39,896 nt of DNA from an uncultured Actinomycetes bacterium (GTDB lineage Bacteria > Actinomycetota > Thermoleophilia > UBA2241). Below are positions 18,131-27,907 of this stretch, in pieces; the stretch's first letter is position 1; each line of letters starts with the position of its first letter. The DNA is taken from contig CAVWIH010000004.1 in the NCBI GenBank assembly GCA_963755025.1, positions 1 through 39,896 on the forward strand, given 5' to 3'. The notes beneath the pieces were generated by a model. The model was given only the letters and a program-made list of their open reading frames with translations, ran no database searches and had not been told where the DNA came from. The translations under genes were made by a program, and so were the position numbers.

Positions 18131-20764
18131 ATGGCCACACCTCGCAGCACCTCTTCCGCCGCCGGCCGACGTCGCGCGGGCGGCTCTGCGGCCCCCAGGA
18201 AGGCGCGCAGCGCGCCGTCGCGGCGCACCACCCGGTCGGCTCCCGCCGTGCGCAAGCGGCGCGGCAAAGGCGGCGGCCGGGGGCGCGAGATCGCGGCCCT
18301 CGCCTGTGTCGCGCTGGCCGTCTTCACCGTCTTTGTCCTCTACCTGGGCTGGCACGGTGGCATCCTGGGGCGCTGGCTGGTCGACGGGCTGCGCCTGCTG
18401 GGCGGGCTCCTGGCCTATCTCGCGCCGGCTATCCTGCTCTACGCCGCGGTCCTGCTCATCGCGCGGCGCGAGCGCCGGCCGCCGGGCGAAGTCACCGCCG
18501 GCGTCATCATCCTCTGCCTGAGCTTCGCGCTCGCCTGCGCGGCCGACACGTTCGGACTGTTCGGCGGCACGCGCGCGGCCCAGACCTTCGTCGGCCCCTA
18601 CATGAAAGACCACGGCGGCGTGGTGGGGGAGAGCCTGTACGCCGGTCTGCACCCCGTCATCGGCGCCATCGGCGTCACGGTGCTCGTCCTTGTGACCGCG
18701 GTCGCCGGCCTGTTGCTGGTCAGCGGCTCGTCGCTGGGCCTGTGGGCCAGCCGCTCGCGTCGCGGGGTCGCCGCAGCCGGGGGCGCGGCGCGCCGTTCGG
18801 CGCAACGCTCGGCCCAGTCGCTGAGCGAGCGGCGCACGGCGGCCCACGAGTTTCGCGAGAGCTCGCGCGAGCGCGCCGCGGCGCAGCGCGCCGCGCAGCC
18901 CGGCGCGCGCAGCGTCGAGCTGATCGACGGCGAGCGTGACCTGCCCGACGTCTTCGGCATGGGCGGCGCCGTCGCTGCGGCGACCGTCGCCGAGGCCGTG
19001 GCCCCGGTCGAGCGGGCGCCGGCGCCCCTGCGTCCCGACGAGATGTTCGACGACACACCCGGCGAGCAGCTCTCGCTGGCCGGCGAGGCCGACGACGCCG
19101 GCGACGAAGCGAGCGCCGTGGCCTTCGACCTGCCCGGGGAGCGCCTCTGGAGGCTGCCCGACCCGGCGCTCCTGCTGCGCACCAAGGCCGGCGAGGGCGA
19201 GGCGCGCGCCGTGATCGAATCGGTCGCCGCGCAGCTCACCGAGACCCTCGGCCACTTCGGCGTCGAGGCGCGCGTGATCAACACCATCTCCGGCCCGCGG
19301 GTAACGCAGTACGAGCTGGCGCTCGCCCCCGGCACCAAGGTCAGCCGGGTGGCCGCGTTGCGCGACGACATCGCCTACTCGCTGGCGGCCACCGAGATCC
19401 GCGTGCAGGCGCCCATCCCGGGCAAGTCGGCCGTCGGCGTCGAGGTGCCCAACCGCGAGCCCAACTGGGTCAGCCTGGGCGACATCCACGGCGACCTGCC
19501 GGTCAACGCCTCGCCGCTCGCCATGTGGATCGGCAAGGACATCACCGGCAAGCCGGTACTGGCCGACCTCACGCGCCTCATCCACGTGCTGATCGCCGGC
19601 ACCACTGGCTCGGGCAAGAGCGCCTGCCTGAACAGCATCGTGAGCTCGATCCTGCTGCGCGCCACGCCCGACCAGGTGCGTTTCATCATGATCGACCCCA
19701 AGAAGGTCGAGCTCTCGCACTTCGACGGCGTGCCGCACCTGCTGGCGCCGGTCGTCACCAACGTGCGCAACGCGGGCGGCGTGCTGGCCACGATCATCCA
19801 CGAGATGGAGCGCCGCTACGACCTCATGATGCGCACGGGCAACGCCCGCGACCTGCGCGAGCTGAACAAGCAGCTCATCCTGGGCGGCGAGAAGCCGCTG
19901 CCCTACATCGTGATCGTCATGGACGAGCTCGCCGACCTCATGATGGTCGCCCCGGCCGAGGTCGAGCACGCCGTCATCCGCCTCGGGCAGCTCGCCCGCG
20001 CGGTCGGCATGCACCTGGTGGTCGCCACGCAGCGGCCCTCGGTCGACGTGGTGACCGGCCTCATCAAGACCAACATCCCCTCGCGCATCGCCTTCAAGGT
20101 CTCGTCGCAGACCGACTCGCGGGTGATCCTCGACACCGGCGGCGCCGAGAGCCTGCTGGGCGACGGCGACATGCTGTTCCACCCCTACTCGAGCTCCAAG
20201 ATGCTGCGCGTGCAGGGCGCCTTCATCTCCTCCGAAGAGATGAACCTGATCACCGGTCATTGGCGCGCGCAGGCCGCCCCCGAGTACCGCGAAGACCTGC
20301 TCGAGGTCGCCACCGGCGACTCCGGCGAAGGCACGGTGGGCGACGGCGGCGACACGCTCATGGCCGAGGCCATCACCACGGTCGTGCGCACCGGCGCCGC
20401 GTCGGTCGCCCTGCTGCAGCGCCGCCTGCGCGTGGGCTACGCCCGGGCGGGCCGCCTGATCGACGTGATGGAGCAGCAGGGCATCATCTCGGGCTTCGAC
20501 GGCAGCAAGGCGCGCAAGGTGCTGATCGACGAAGACGACCTGCCGCGCGTGCTCGGCGGCGGCGAGCCCGCGGCCGCCGAGCCCGCGCCGCCGGCGACGG
20601 CGAGCGACGACGACGAGCGGCGAGCCCGCCTGAGCCTCGCGCGCCGCGCCGCTGCGCGGTGGTCAAGGGCTTCCCGGCGCCGCCCCGGCACCTTGCCGGC
20701 GCCGGCGCACGCCACGGCCCGTCGGGCGGGCCCGAAAATTGTGTTCTTCGCGGACCGAACGTAG
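18131..20764 (+). CDS. ftsK: DNA translocase FtsK (true stop may be TGA 20631-20633)
   Basis: 4TM N-terminus, AGTTGSGKS Walker A, IDPKKVEL, MDELADLM, ATQRPS, gamma domain LQRRLRVGYARAGR. Confidence 0.96.
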   Translation: MATPRSTSSAAGRRRAGGSAAPRKARSAPSRRTTRSAPAVRKRRGKGGGRGREIAALACVALAVFTVFVLYLGWHGGILGRWLVDGLRLLGGLLAYLAPAILLYAAVLLIARRERRPPGEVTAGVIILCLSFALACAADTFGLFGGTRAAQTFVGPYMKDHGGVVGESLYAGLHPVIGAIGVTVLVLVTAVAGLLLVSGSSLGLWASRSRRGVAAAGGAARRSAQRSAQSLSERRTAAHEFRESSRERAAAQRAAQPGARSVELIDGERDLPDVFGMGGAVAAATVAEAVAPVERAPAPLRPDEMFDDTPGEQLSLAGEADDAGDEASAVAFDLPGERLWRLPDPALLLRTKAGEGEARAVIESVAAQLTETLGHFGVEARVINTISGPRVTQYELALAPGTKVSRVAALRDDIAYSLAATEIRVQAPIPGKSAVGVEVPNREPNWVSLGDIHGDLPVNASPLAMWIGKDITGKPVLADLTRLIHVLIAGTTGSGKSACLNSIVSSILLRATPDQVRFIMIDPKKVELSHFDGVPHLLAPVVTNVRNAGGVLATIIHEMERRYDLMMRTGNARDLRELNKQLILGGEKPLPYIVIVMDELADLMMVAPAEVEHAVIRLGQLARAVGMHLVVATQRPSVDVVTGLIKTNIPSRIAFKVSSQTDSRVILDTGGAESLLGDGDMLFHPYSSSKMLRVQGAFISSEEMNLITGHWRAQAAPEYREDLLEVATGDSGEGTVGDGGDTLMAEAITTVVRTGAASVALLQRRLRVGYARAGRLIDVMEQQGIISGFDGSKARKVLIDEDDLPRVLGGGEPAAAEPAPPATASDDDERRARLSLARRAAARWSRASRRRPGTLPAPAHATARRAGPKIVFFADRT

Positions 20765-20767
20765 ACT
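20739..20767 (+). promoter_or_regulatory. Putative sigma70-type promoter for the rodZ-like/yajQ/rimO genes
   Basis: TTGTGT-N17-TAGACT. Confidence 0.5.
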
Positions 20768-20848
20768 CAGTGGTCACGGCGTCGCCGGCGGGCGGCGCCG
20801 CCCGCCAGGGCGGGCCCGCCGCGTCAGTCAGCCACGAGAGAGAGTCGC

Positions 20849-21577
20849 GTGTTCGAGATCGGAAGCACCTTGCGCGAGACCCGGGTCCGGCGCAAGACCA
20901 CGCTCCAGCAGGCCGAAGACGACACGAAGATCCGTGTCAAATACATCCAGGCCATGGAGAACGACGACTTCGATCTCATGCCGTCGGCAGCCTACGTCAA
21001 GGGCTTCCTGCGCACCTACTCGCTCTACCTCGGCCTCGACGCCGACGTCATCCTCGAAGAATACCGCTCGCGGTTCGAGCCCAACGAAGAACACGAACCG
21101 TTCGGCGGCAACTCGGCCCTGGGCCGGCCGCACGCCCACCGCCGCCGCAACACCCTCACGTTCATCGCGGTCGTCTGCCTGCTGATCCTCGGCCTGCTCT
21201 ACGTGCTGGGGCGCTACGACTCGCCGAACAAGTCCACCCCGCCGCCGCCGGTCACCGTGACCAGCCACTCGCCGGCGGCCAGCCCCAGCTCGACGCACTC
21301 GACCACCCCCAGCGCGCGCTTCTCCGTGCGCGTCGCGGCCGACAACGGCTCCTGCTGGATCCAGGTGCGCAAGACCGGCATAGCCGGGCAGATCATCTAT
21401 CAGACGACCATGGCCCAGGGACAGACCCATACCTTCCTGACGAGCGGCGCGCTCTACGTGCGACTCGGCGTGCCCGCCTACGTGTCGATCAAGGTCAAGG
21501 GCCGCCCGCTCTACCGGCCGGTCGAGACCCTCTCCAGCAACTACAAGGTGACAAAGAAAGGCGTGGTGAAGCTCTAG
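20849..21577 (+). CDS. rodZ: RodZ-like HTH + TM + DUF4115-type protein
   Basis: IGSTLRETR...TKIRVKYIQAME..F..MP...YVKGFLRTY HTH, then a TM helix and a C-terminal CWIQV domain; ftsK-rodZ-rimO-pgsA synteny. Confidence 0.8.
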   Translation: MFEIGSTLRETRVRRKTTLQQAEDDTKIRVKYIQAMENDDFDLMPSAAYVKGFLRTYSLYLGLDADVILEEYRSRFEPNEEHEPFGGNSALGRPHAHRRRNTLTFIAVVCLLILGLLYVLGRYDSPNKSTPPPPVTVTSHSPAASPSSTHSTTPSARFSVRVAADNGSCWIQVRKTGIAGQIIYQTTMAQGQTHTFLTSGALYVRLGVPAYVSIKVKGRPLYRPVETLSSNYKVTKKGVVKL

Positions 21578-22069
21578 ATGGCTCAGGACTTCTCGTTCGA
21601 CGTGGTCTCCGAAGTCGACCGCAACGAGGTGCGCAACGCGGTCAACCTCGCGCAGAAGGAGATCGCTACGCGCTACGACTTCAAGAAGTCGGTGAGCAAG
21701 GTCGACCTCGAAGGCGACGACCTCGTGCTGGTCTCCGACAACGACGGCAAGCTGCGCTCGGTGGTCGAGCTCCTCGAAGAGAAGCTCGTACGCCGCAAGG
21801 TGCCGCTCAAGGCGTTGCAGTACGGGCCCATCGAGGCCGCGCTCGGCGGCACCGTCCGCCAGCGCGTCGCGATCACCCACGGCATCTCCGACGAGAAGGC
21901 CAAGGCCGTGGGCAAGCTCATCCGCACCAACTTCAAGAAGGTCAAGGTGCAGATCCAGGGCGACGCCGTGCGCGTCTTCTCGCCCAAGAAAGACGAGCTC
22001 CAGGCGGCCATGCAGGCCCTGCGCGACGAAGACTTCGGCATCCCCCTGCAGTTCACGAACTACCGCTGA
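21578..22069 (+). CDS. yajQ: YajQ family nucleotide (c-di-GMP)-binding protein
   Basis: SFDVVSEVD..EVRNAV...RYDFK; QIQGDAVRV; PLQFTNYR C-terminus. Confidence 0.95.
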   Translation: MAQDFSFDVVSEVDRNEVRNAVNLAQKEIATRYDFKKSVSKVDLEGDDLVLVSDNDGKLRSVVELLEEKLVRRKVPLKALQYGPIEAALGGTVRQRVAITHGISDEKAKAVGKLIRTNFKKVKVQIQGDAVRVFSPKKDELQAAMQALRDEDFGIPLQFTNYR

Positions 22070-22088
22070 GCGCGGTCGGGGCCCGCAC

Positions 22089-23393
22089 ATGACCGCGCCG
22101 GTCCCGGCGACCTTCGCCGTGATCACCATGGGCTGCCCCAAGAACGAGGCCGACTCCGACAGGCTCGAGGCCGCGCTTGCCGGGGCGGGCCACAGGCCCG
22201 CCCCGGCAAGCGCGGCCGACCTCGTCCTGGTCAACACCTGCGGCTTCATCGACGCCGCCAAAGAGGAGTCGATCGACGTGCTGCTCGACGCCTGCGAAGC
22301 GGCCCACGCCCGCGGCGCGCGGGTGGCCGCCTACGGCTGCCTGATCGCCCGCCACGAAGCCGAACTGCGCGCCGCGCTGCCCGAGGTCGACGTGTTCTCG
22401 GCCTTCGACGTGGGCCCGGTGCTCGAGCTCCTCGGGCGTCTCGGCCGCGGGCGCGCCGCCGACGAGGGGTCGGGCGGCGGCGCGGGCGCTGCGCGCCCGC
22501 GCCGCCGCCCGACCCACGCCTACGTGAAGATCTCCGACGGCTGCGACCGGCGCTGCTCGTTCTGCGCCATCCCGCTCATCAAGGGCACCTACGAGACGGT
22601 GGCGCCCGGGGAGATCCTCGCCGCCGCGGGCGACGCGCTCAAGGCGGGCGCCCGCGAGCTCGTGCTGGTCGGGCAGGACACGAGTCGCTGGCGGGTGGCG
22701 GGCTACGGCGGCCTCGACCGCCTGTTGGGCGATCTGCGCGCCTTGGGGGCCGTCTGGCTGCGGTTGCTCTACCTGCAGCCCGACGGCCTGTCTGCGGGCG
22801 TCCTCGAGGCGCTCGCGGCCCACAGCGTGCCGTACCTCGACCTGCCCCTGCAGCACGCCTCGCGTGCGGTGCTCGCCGCCATGGGCCGCTCCGGCGACGG
22901 CGACGCCTATCTCGACCTGCTCGCGCGCGTGCGGGCGGCGCTGCCGCAGGCCGCACTGCGCTCCACCTTCATCGCCGGCTTTCCCGGCGAGACCGACGAC
23001 GACGTCGAGGAGCTGGTCGAGTTCATCGACGCCGCTCGCCTGGCCGTCGCCGGCGTCTTCGTCTTCGATCCGCAGGAGGGCACGGTGGCGGCCACGCTGC
23101 CCGGTCAGGTGCCGGCCGCCCTCGCCCAGGAACGGGCGGCCCGGGTGGGCGACGCCATCACGCGCGCCGCCGAGCGGTACTGGCGCACCTTCGTGGGTCG
23201 CGAGGTCGACGTGCTCGTCGAACGGGGCGTTCGCGGCACGTCGTCCGAGCTGACTGGTAGAATCGCCCAACAGGCCCCCGATGTCGACGGCCTCACGTTC
23301 GTCACGGGGGCGCCGGCGCGTCGCGGCCAGCTCGTGAGAGCCGTGATCGACGACGTCGACGGGTACCACCTCCTCGCACAGGCCGTGACATGA
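22089..23393 (+). CDS. rimO: Ribosomal protein S12 methylthiotransferase
   Basis: MGCPKN, NTCGFIDAAKEES, KISDGCDRRCSFC (radical SAM), APDVDG in the TRAM domain. Confidence 0.92.
   Translation: MTAPVPATFAVITMGCPKNEADSDRLEAALAGAGHRPAPASAADLVLVNTCGFIDAAKEESIDVLLDACEAAHARGARVAAYGCLIARHEAELRAALPEVDVFSAFDVGPVLELLGRLGRGRAADEGSGGGAGAARPRRRPTHAYVKISDGCDRRCSFCAIPLIKGTYETVAPGEILAAAGDALKAGARELVLVGQDTSRWRVAGYGGLDRLLGDLRALGAVWLRLLYLQPDGLSAGVLEALAAHSVPYLDLPLQHASRAVLAAMGRSGDGDAYLDLLARVRAALPQAALRSTFIAGFPGETDDDVEELVEFIDAARLAVAGVFVFDPQEGTVAATLPGQVPAALAQERAARVGDAITRAAERYWRTFVGREVDVLVERGVRGTSSELTGRIAQQAPDVDGLTFVTGAPARRGQLVRAVIDDVDGYHLLAQAVT
23255..23263 (+). promoter_or_regulatory. Putative internal extended -10 (TGgTAGAAT) within rimO, driving pgsA-cinA
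   Basis: TG-N-TAGAAT overlapping a rare AGA codon, ~130 nt before pgsA. Confidence 0.4.
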
Positions 23394-23980
23394 GCGTCGA
23401 CACCGACAAGCCGCCCGCCACCGGCTCATCACTGAACGCCGCCAACGCCATCACCGTGGCGCGCATCATGCTCATCCCGGTGTTCGTGGTGCTGCTGGTC
23501 TCTGACATCCCGTACGGCGCCTTCCTGGCGATCGCCGTGTTCAGCATCGCGGCCTTCACCGACAAGCTCGACGGCTACATCGCGCGTTCGCGCGGCCAGA
23601 TCACGACGCTCGGCCAGTTCCTCGACCCGCTGGCCGACAAACTGCTCATCTCGGCGGCGCTGATCGCCCTCGTGGGGCTCGACAAGCTGCCCGCCTGGGT
23701 GGCCATGGTCATCATCGCCCGCGAGTTCGCCGTGACCGCCCTGCGCGTGGTCGGCATCGACCAGGGCGTGTCGATCCCGGCGGGCACGCTGGGCAAGGCC
23801 AAGACCACCAGCCAGATCGTCTGCATCATCATCCTCATGTGGCCCCACGGCCACCTGAGCTGGGCGCCCTACGTCGAGGTGCCGGCCGTCGCCATCATGG
23901 TCGCGCTCACCCTGATCTCGGGGCTGCAGTACTTCATCCGGGCGCGCGACAACCTGCATCTGCCGGGGACCGGCAAATGA
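23390..23980 (+). CDS. pgsA: CDP-diacylglycerol--glycerol-3-phosphate 3-phosphatidyltransferase
   Basis: NAITVARI, TDKLDGYIAR...GQFLDPLADK, REFAVTALR. Confidence 0.95.
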   Translation: MSVDTDKPPATGSSLNAANAITVARIMLIPVFVVLLVSDIPYGAFLAIAVFSIAAFTDKLDGYIARSRGQITTLGQFLDPLADKLLISAALIALVGLDKLPAWVAMVIIAREFAVTALRVVGIDQGVSIPAGTLGKAKTTSQIVCIIILMWPHGHLSWAPYVEVPAVAIMVALTLISGLQYFIRARDNLHLPGTGK

Positions 23981-25221
23981 CGCAGGCCACGGCGGCGGTG
24001 CTGCTCACCGGCAGCGAGCTGCTCGACGGCCGCACCCGCGATCGCAACGGTCACTACCTGGGCGGCACGCTGGCGCGCCGCGGCTTTCGCATGGGCCACA
24101 TCGTGATCTCGCCCGACGACGCAGGCGCCCTGCGCCGCGACCTCGCGGCGCTGCTCGCCGAAGCGCCCGCCGTGCTCGTGGTCTCGGGCGGCCTGGGCAC
24201 CACCCACGACGACCTCACGGCGGCCACCGTCGCCGCGGTCACCGGCCACGAGCTCGCCTCCGACCCCGCAGCGCTGCGCATGGTCACCGACTCCACGCGG
24301 CGCGTGGCCGCGCGCCGCGGCCTGCCGGCCGACGAGCTGCTGCCTCAAATGAGCCGCCAGGCCCTGCTGCCCCGGGGCGCCTGGGCCATCGCGCCAGCCG
24401 GCGTCGCGCCCGGCTTTGTGCTGCGCCACGGCGCCACCAGCATCGTCGCCCTGCCGGGCGTGCCCTGGGAGGTCGAGGCGATGTGGCCGGCCGTGCTCGA
24501 CACCCTCGCCGCCGAGGCCGGCGTCGCGCCGCCGCGCACGCTGTCGGTGCGGCTCTACGGCTGGGGCGAGGTGCAGGTCGCGGCCCTGTTGCGCGACGCG
24601 GCCACCGACCGCCTGCGCGTGGCGATCACCGCTTCCACCGGCGAGGTCACGGTGACGATCGCTCATCAGGCCGACGACCCCGCGGCCACGACCCAGGCCG
24701 ACGCGCTCGTGGCGGCGCTCGCGGCCGGGCCTGTGTTCTCGAGCGACGGGCGCACCGTCGACCAGCTCGTGGCCGACCTGCTGCGCTCGCGCGGCGCCAC
24801 CGTGGCGACCGCCGAGTCGTGCACCGGCGGCCTGCTCGGCGGCCGCCTCACCGAGCTGCCGGGCAGCTCCGACTACGTGCTCGGCGGCGCCGTGACCTAC
24901 GCCGACGCCGCCAAGCGCGACCTGCTGGGCGTGCCGGCCGAGCTGCTGCGCGAGCACGGCGCGGTGTCCGAACCGGTGGCGCGCGCCATGGCCGAGGGCG
25001 CGCGAGCGCGGCTGGGGGCCACCTATGCGCTCAGCACGACCGGCGTCGCCGGTCCCGGCGGCGGCAGCCCCGGCAAGCCCGTCGGCCTGATCTTCATCGC
25101 CTGCGCCGCACCCGACGGCACGGTCGTGCGCCGCCACGAGTTTCCCGGCGACCGCGACACGGTGCGGGCGTGGAGCGTGGTAGCCGCCCTGCACCTGCTG
25201 CGCCGCGCGGTCGCATCGTGA
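23977..25221 (+). CDS. cinA: CinA family competence/damage-inducible protein (NMN deamidase)
   Basis: GSELLDG, SGGLGTTHDD, ALPGVPWE, TAESCTGG, HGAVSE, TGVAGPGG. Confidence 0.93.
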   Translation: MTQATAAVLLTGSELLDGRTRDRNGHYLGGTLARRGFRMGHIVISPDDAGALRRDLAALLAEAPAVLVVSGGLGTTHDDLTAATVAAVTGHELASDPAALRMVTDSTRRVAARRGLPADELLPQMSRQALLPRGAWAIAPAGVAPGFVLRHGATSIVALPGVPWEVEAMWPAVLDTLAAEAGVAPPRTLSVRLYGWGEVQVAALLRDAATDRLRVAITASTGEVTVTIAHQADDPAATTQADALVAALAAGPVFSSDGRTVDQLVADLLRSRGATVATAESCTGGLLGGRLTELPGSSDYVLGGAVTYADAAKRDLLGVPAELLREHGAVSEPVARAMAEGARARLGATYALSTTGVAGPGGGSPGKPVGLIFIACAAPDGTVVRRHEFPGDRDTVRAWSVVAALHLLRRAVAS

Positions 25222-25799
25222 GCGCCGCCGGCACCGGCCGGCGCGCCGCCGGCATCGAACCCACGCAGCGCCTCTTCGTGGCGTGCGACCTGCCCGCCGC
25301 CGCGGCGGCGGCGGTCGAGCGCTGGCAGGCCGCCGAGCTCGCTCCCCACGACGAGCTGCGCGTCGTGCACACCCTGCACGTCACGCTCTGTTTTTTGGGC
25401 GGTGTCGCCGCGTCTCGCGTGCCCGACATCACGGCCGCCCTGGGCGCGCTCGCGCTGCCGGCGCTGCCGGCGTCGCTCGGCGAGGCCCTCTTCCTGCCCG
25501 AGCAGGGCGCCAAGCGGGTCGTCGCGCTGCACCTCGCCGACGACGCCGGGGCGCTCGCCGCGACGCAGCGGGCGGTCTCCGACGCACTCGTCGCACTGGG
25601 CGTCTACACCCCCGAGCGGCGCCCCTGGCTGGCCCATCTCACGGTCGCCCGCTACCGCCGCCCAGGTCACCCTTTTTCGCTGCAAAACGTCACCGTCGGG
25701 GCAGTTGGACTGCCCTCGGTCATCCTGTATGCTAGCCACCTCGAGAGGGGCGGGGCCGTCCACACTCCCCTTGCGACGTTTCCTGCACCTGCTTCATGA
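25218..25799 (+). CDS. thpR: RNA 2',3'-cyclic phosphodiesterase (2H family)
   Basis: RLFVA N-terminus, two HxT motifs (HVTL, HLTV); cinA-thpR-recA synteny. Confidence 0.88.
   Translation: MSAAGTGRRAAGIEPTQRLFVACDLPAAAAAAVERWQAAELAPHDELRVVHTLHVTLCFLGGVAASRVPDITAALGALALPALPASLGEALFLPEQGAKRVVALHLADDAGALAATQRAVSDALVALGVYTPERRPWLAHLTVARYRRPGHPFSLQNVTVGAVGLPSVILYASHLERGGAVHTPLATFPAPAS
25705..25733 (+). promoter_or_regulatory. Putative recA promoter embedded in thpR
   Basis: TTGGAC-N17-TATGCT in an AT-enriched stretch of thpR. Confidence 0.55.
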
Positions 25800-25820
25800 A
25801 CAAAGAGAGGAGTGGCCACT

Positions 25821-26921
<1,101 letters not shown>

Positions 26922-26937
26922 CAGTCGGCCGCCGCGC

Positions 26938-27564
26938 ATGGCGCTCGTCACTGCGCTCAAGCCCACGCGCCGCGCGGGCCGCATAGCGGTGCACGTCGAC
27001 GACGCCTTCGTGGCCGCCGTGGGCGAATCGCTGATCGTGCGCCACGGCCTGTTCGTCGGCCTCGAGCTCACCGACGCCCAGCTCGCGGCGCTGCGCGCCG
27101 ACGCCGCCGCCGACGGCATCGCCGCCGACGCCTACCGCCTGCTCGCCCACCGGGCGCGCTCGCGCGCCGAGCTCGCCGCGCGCCTGCGCGGCAAAGGGCA
27201 CGACGAGCCCGCCGTGCAGGGCGTCATCGCACGCCTCACCGGCGAAGGACTGGTCGACGACCAGGCCTTCGCCGCCGCCTTCGTCGCCGACAAGCGCCGT
27301 CTCGCCGGCTGGGGCGCGGGCCGTATCGCCCGCGAGCTCGACCGGCTGGGCGTCGACGCCGCCCTGGTGCAGGCCGCGCTGCCGGCCACCGACGAAGCCG
27401 CCGCCGACGAGCTCCAGCGGGCGCGCGCCGCCCTCGAGCGCCGCGGTCCGGTCGGCGCGCCCCTCGAACAGTCGCGCAAGCGCGCCTACGACTACCTCGT
27501 GCGCCGCGGCTACGCCACCACGGTCGCCTACCGCGCGGTCCGCGAGTGGTCCGCCACTCATTGA
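26938..27564 (+). CDS. recX: Regulatory protein RecX
   Basis: RARSRAEL..RL..KG, LVDDQAFA, WGAGRIARELDRLGV, LVRRGY; directly follows recA. Confidence 0.9.
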   Translation: MALVTALKPTRRAGRIAVHVDDAFVAAVGESLIVRHGLFVGLELTDAQLAALRADAAADGIAADAYRLLAHRARSRAELAARLRGKGHDEPAVQGVIARLTGEGLVDDQAFAAAFVADKRRLAGWGAGRIARELDRLGVDAALVQAALPATDEAAADELQRARAALERRGPVGAPLEQSRKRAYDYLVRRGYATTVAYRAVREWSATH

Positions 27565-27590
27565 CAGCCTTCTCGGCCCGACCCTACAAT
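27561..27590 (+). promoter_or_regulatory. Near-consensus sigma70 promoter
   Basis: TTGACA(27561-27566)-N18-TACAAT(27585-27590). Confidence 0.75.
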
Positions 27591-27595
27591 CAACC

Positions 27596-27857
27596 ATGAG
27601 CAGCTTGCTCACTGACTTGCGTACGTACTTAGTGGCATCTGAAGGCCATGCACTCCGGCCGTAACGGCTGGCCTGTCGAACGAGCGACGTAGGGGCTTTT
27701 CACAACGTAGACCGATCTTGAGAACCCTCCGGCTTCACCGAAGCCGCACGTCACACGTCTTGCAGTAACGGAAGTTGAGTGCGCATCGCCGTAGCATGGC
27801 CCTGTCAGAACACGATGGGTGCGATGGCGTGAGCCGGGCAAGTTGCCCGGCTTTTTT
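27596..27857 (+). ncRNA. Candidate ~260-nt structured RNA (6S/Ms1-like sRNA or cis-regulatory leader of rny); family not identified
   Basis: Bounded by a strong promoter and an intrinsic terminator, with no plausible long ORF. Manual pairing gives nested helices: 27607-12/27829-34, 27624-31/27816-23, 27638-42/27805-09, 27644-51/27794-801, plus inner hairpins. Confidence 0.65.
27832..27857 (+). terminator. Rho-independent terminator
   Basis: AGCCGGGCA-AGT-TGCCCGGCT followed by a T-run. Confidence 0.88.
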
Positions 27858-27907
27858 CGTTTCTCTAGCTTGCACTTGACTACTGATCACCGGCACAAGG
27901 GGACAGC

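Noticed and set aside
20743-20760. GTTC...GAAC as a LexA box upstream of rodZ
   Set aside because: Orientation and spacing (GTTC-N10-GAAC) do not match GAAC-N4-GTTC.
20634-20764. Arg-rich C-terminal extension of FtsK
   Set aside because: Composition looks non-coding, it overlaps a promoter, and a 1-nt correction near 20617 gives a natural end at TGA 20631-20633.
27596-27857. SRP RNA, RNase P RNA, tmRNA or tRNA identity for the recX-rny RNA
   Set aside because: Lacks the SRP helix-8 motif, the RNase P GAGGAAAGUCC motif, and tRNA-like ends or a T-loop.
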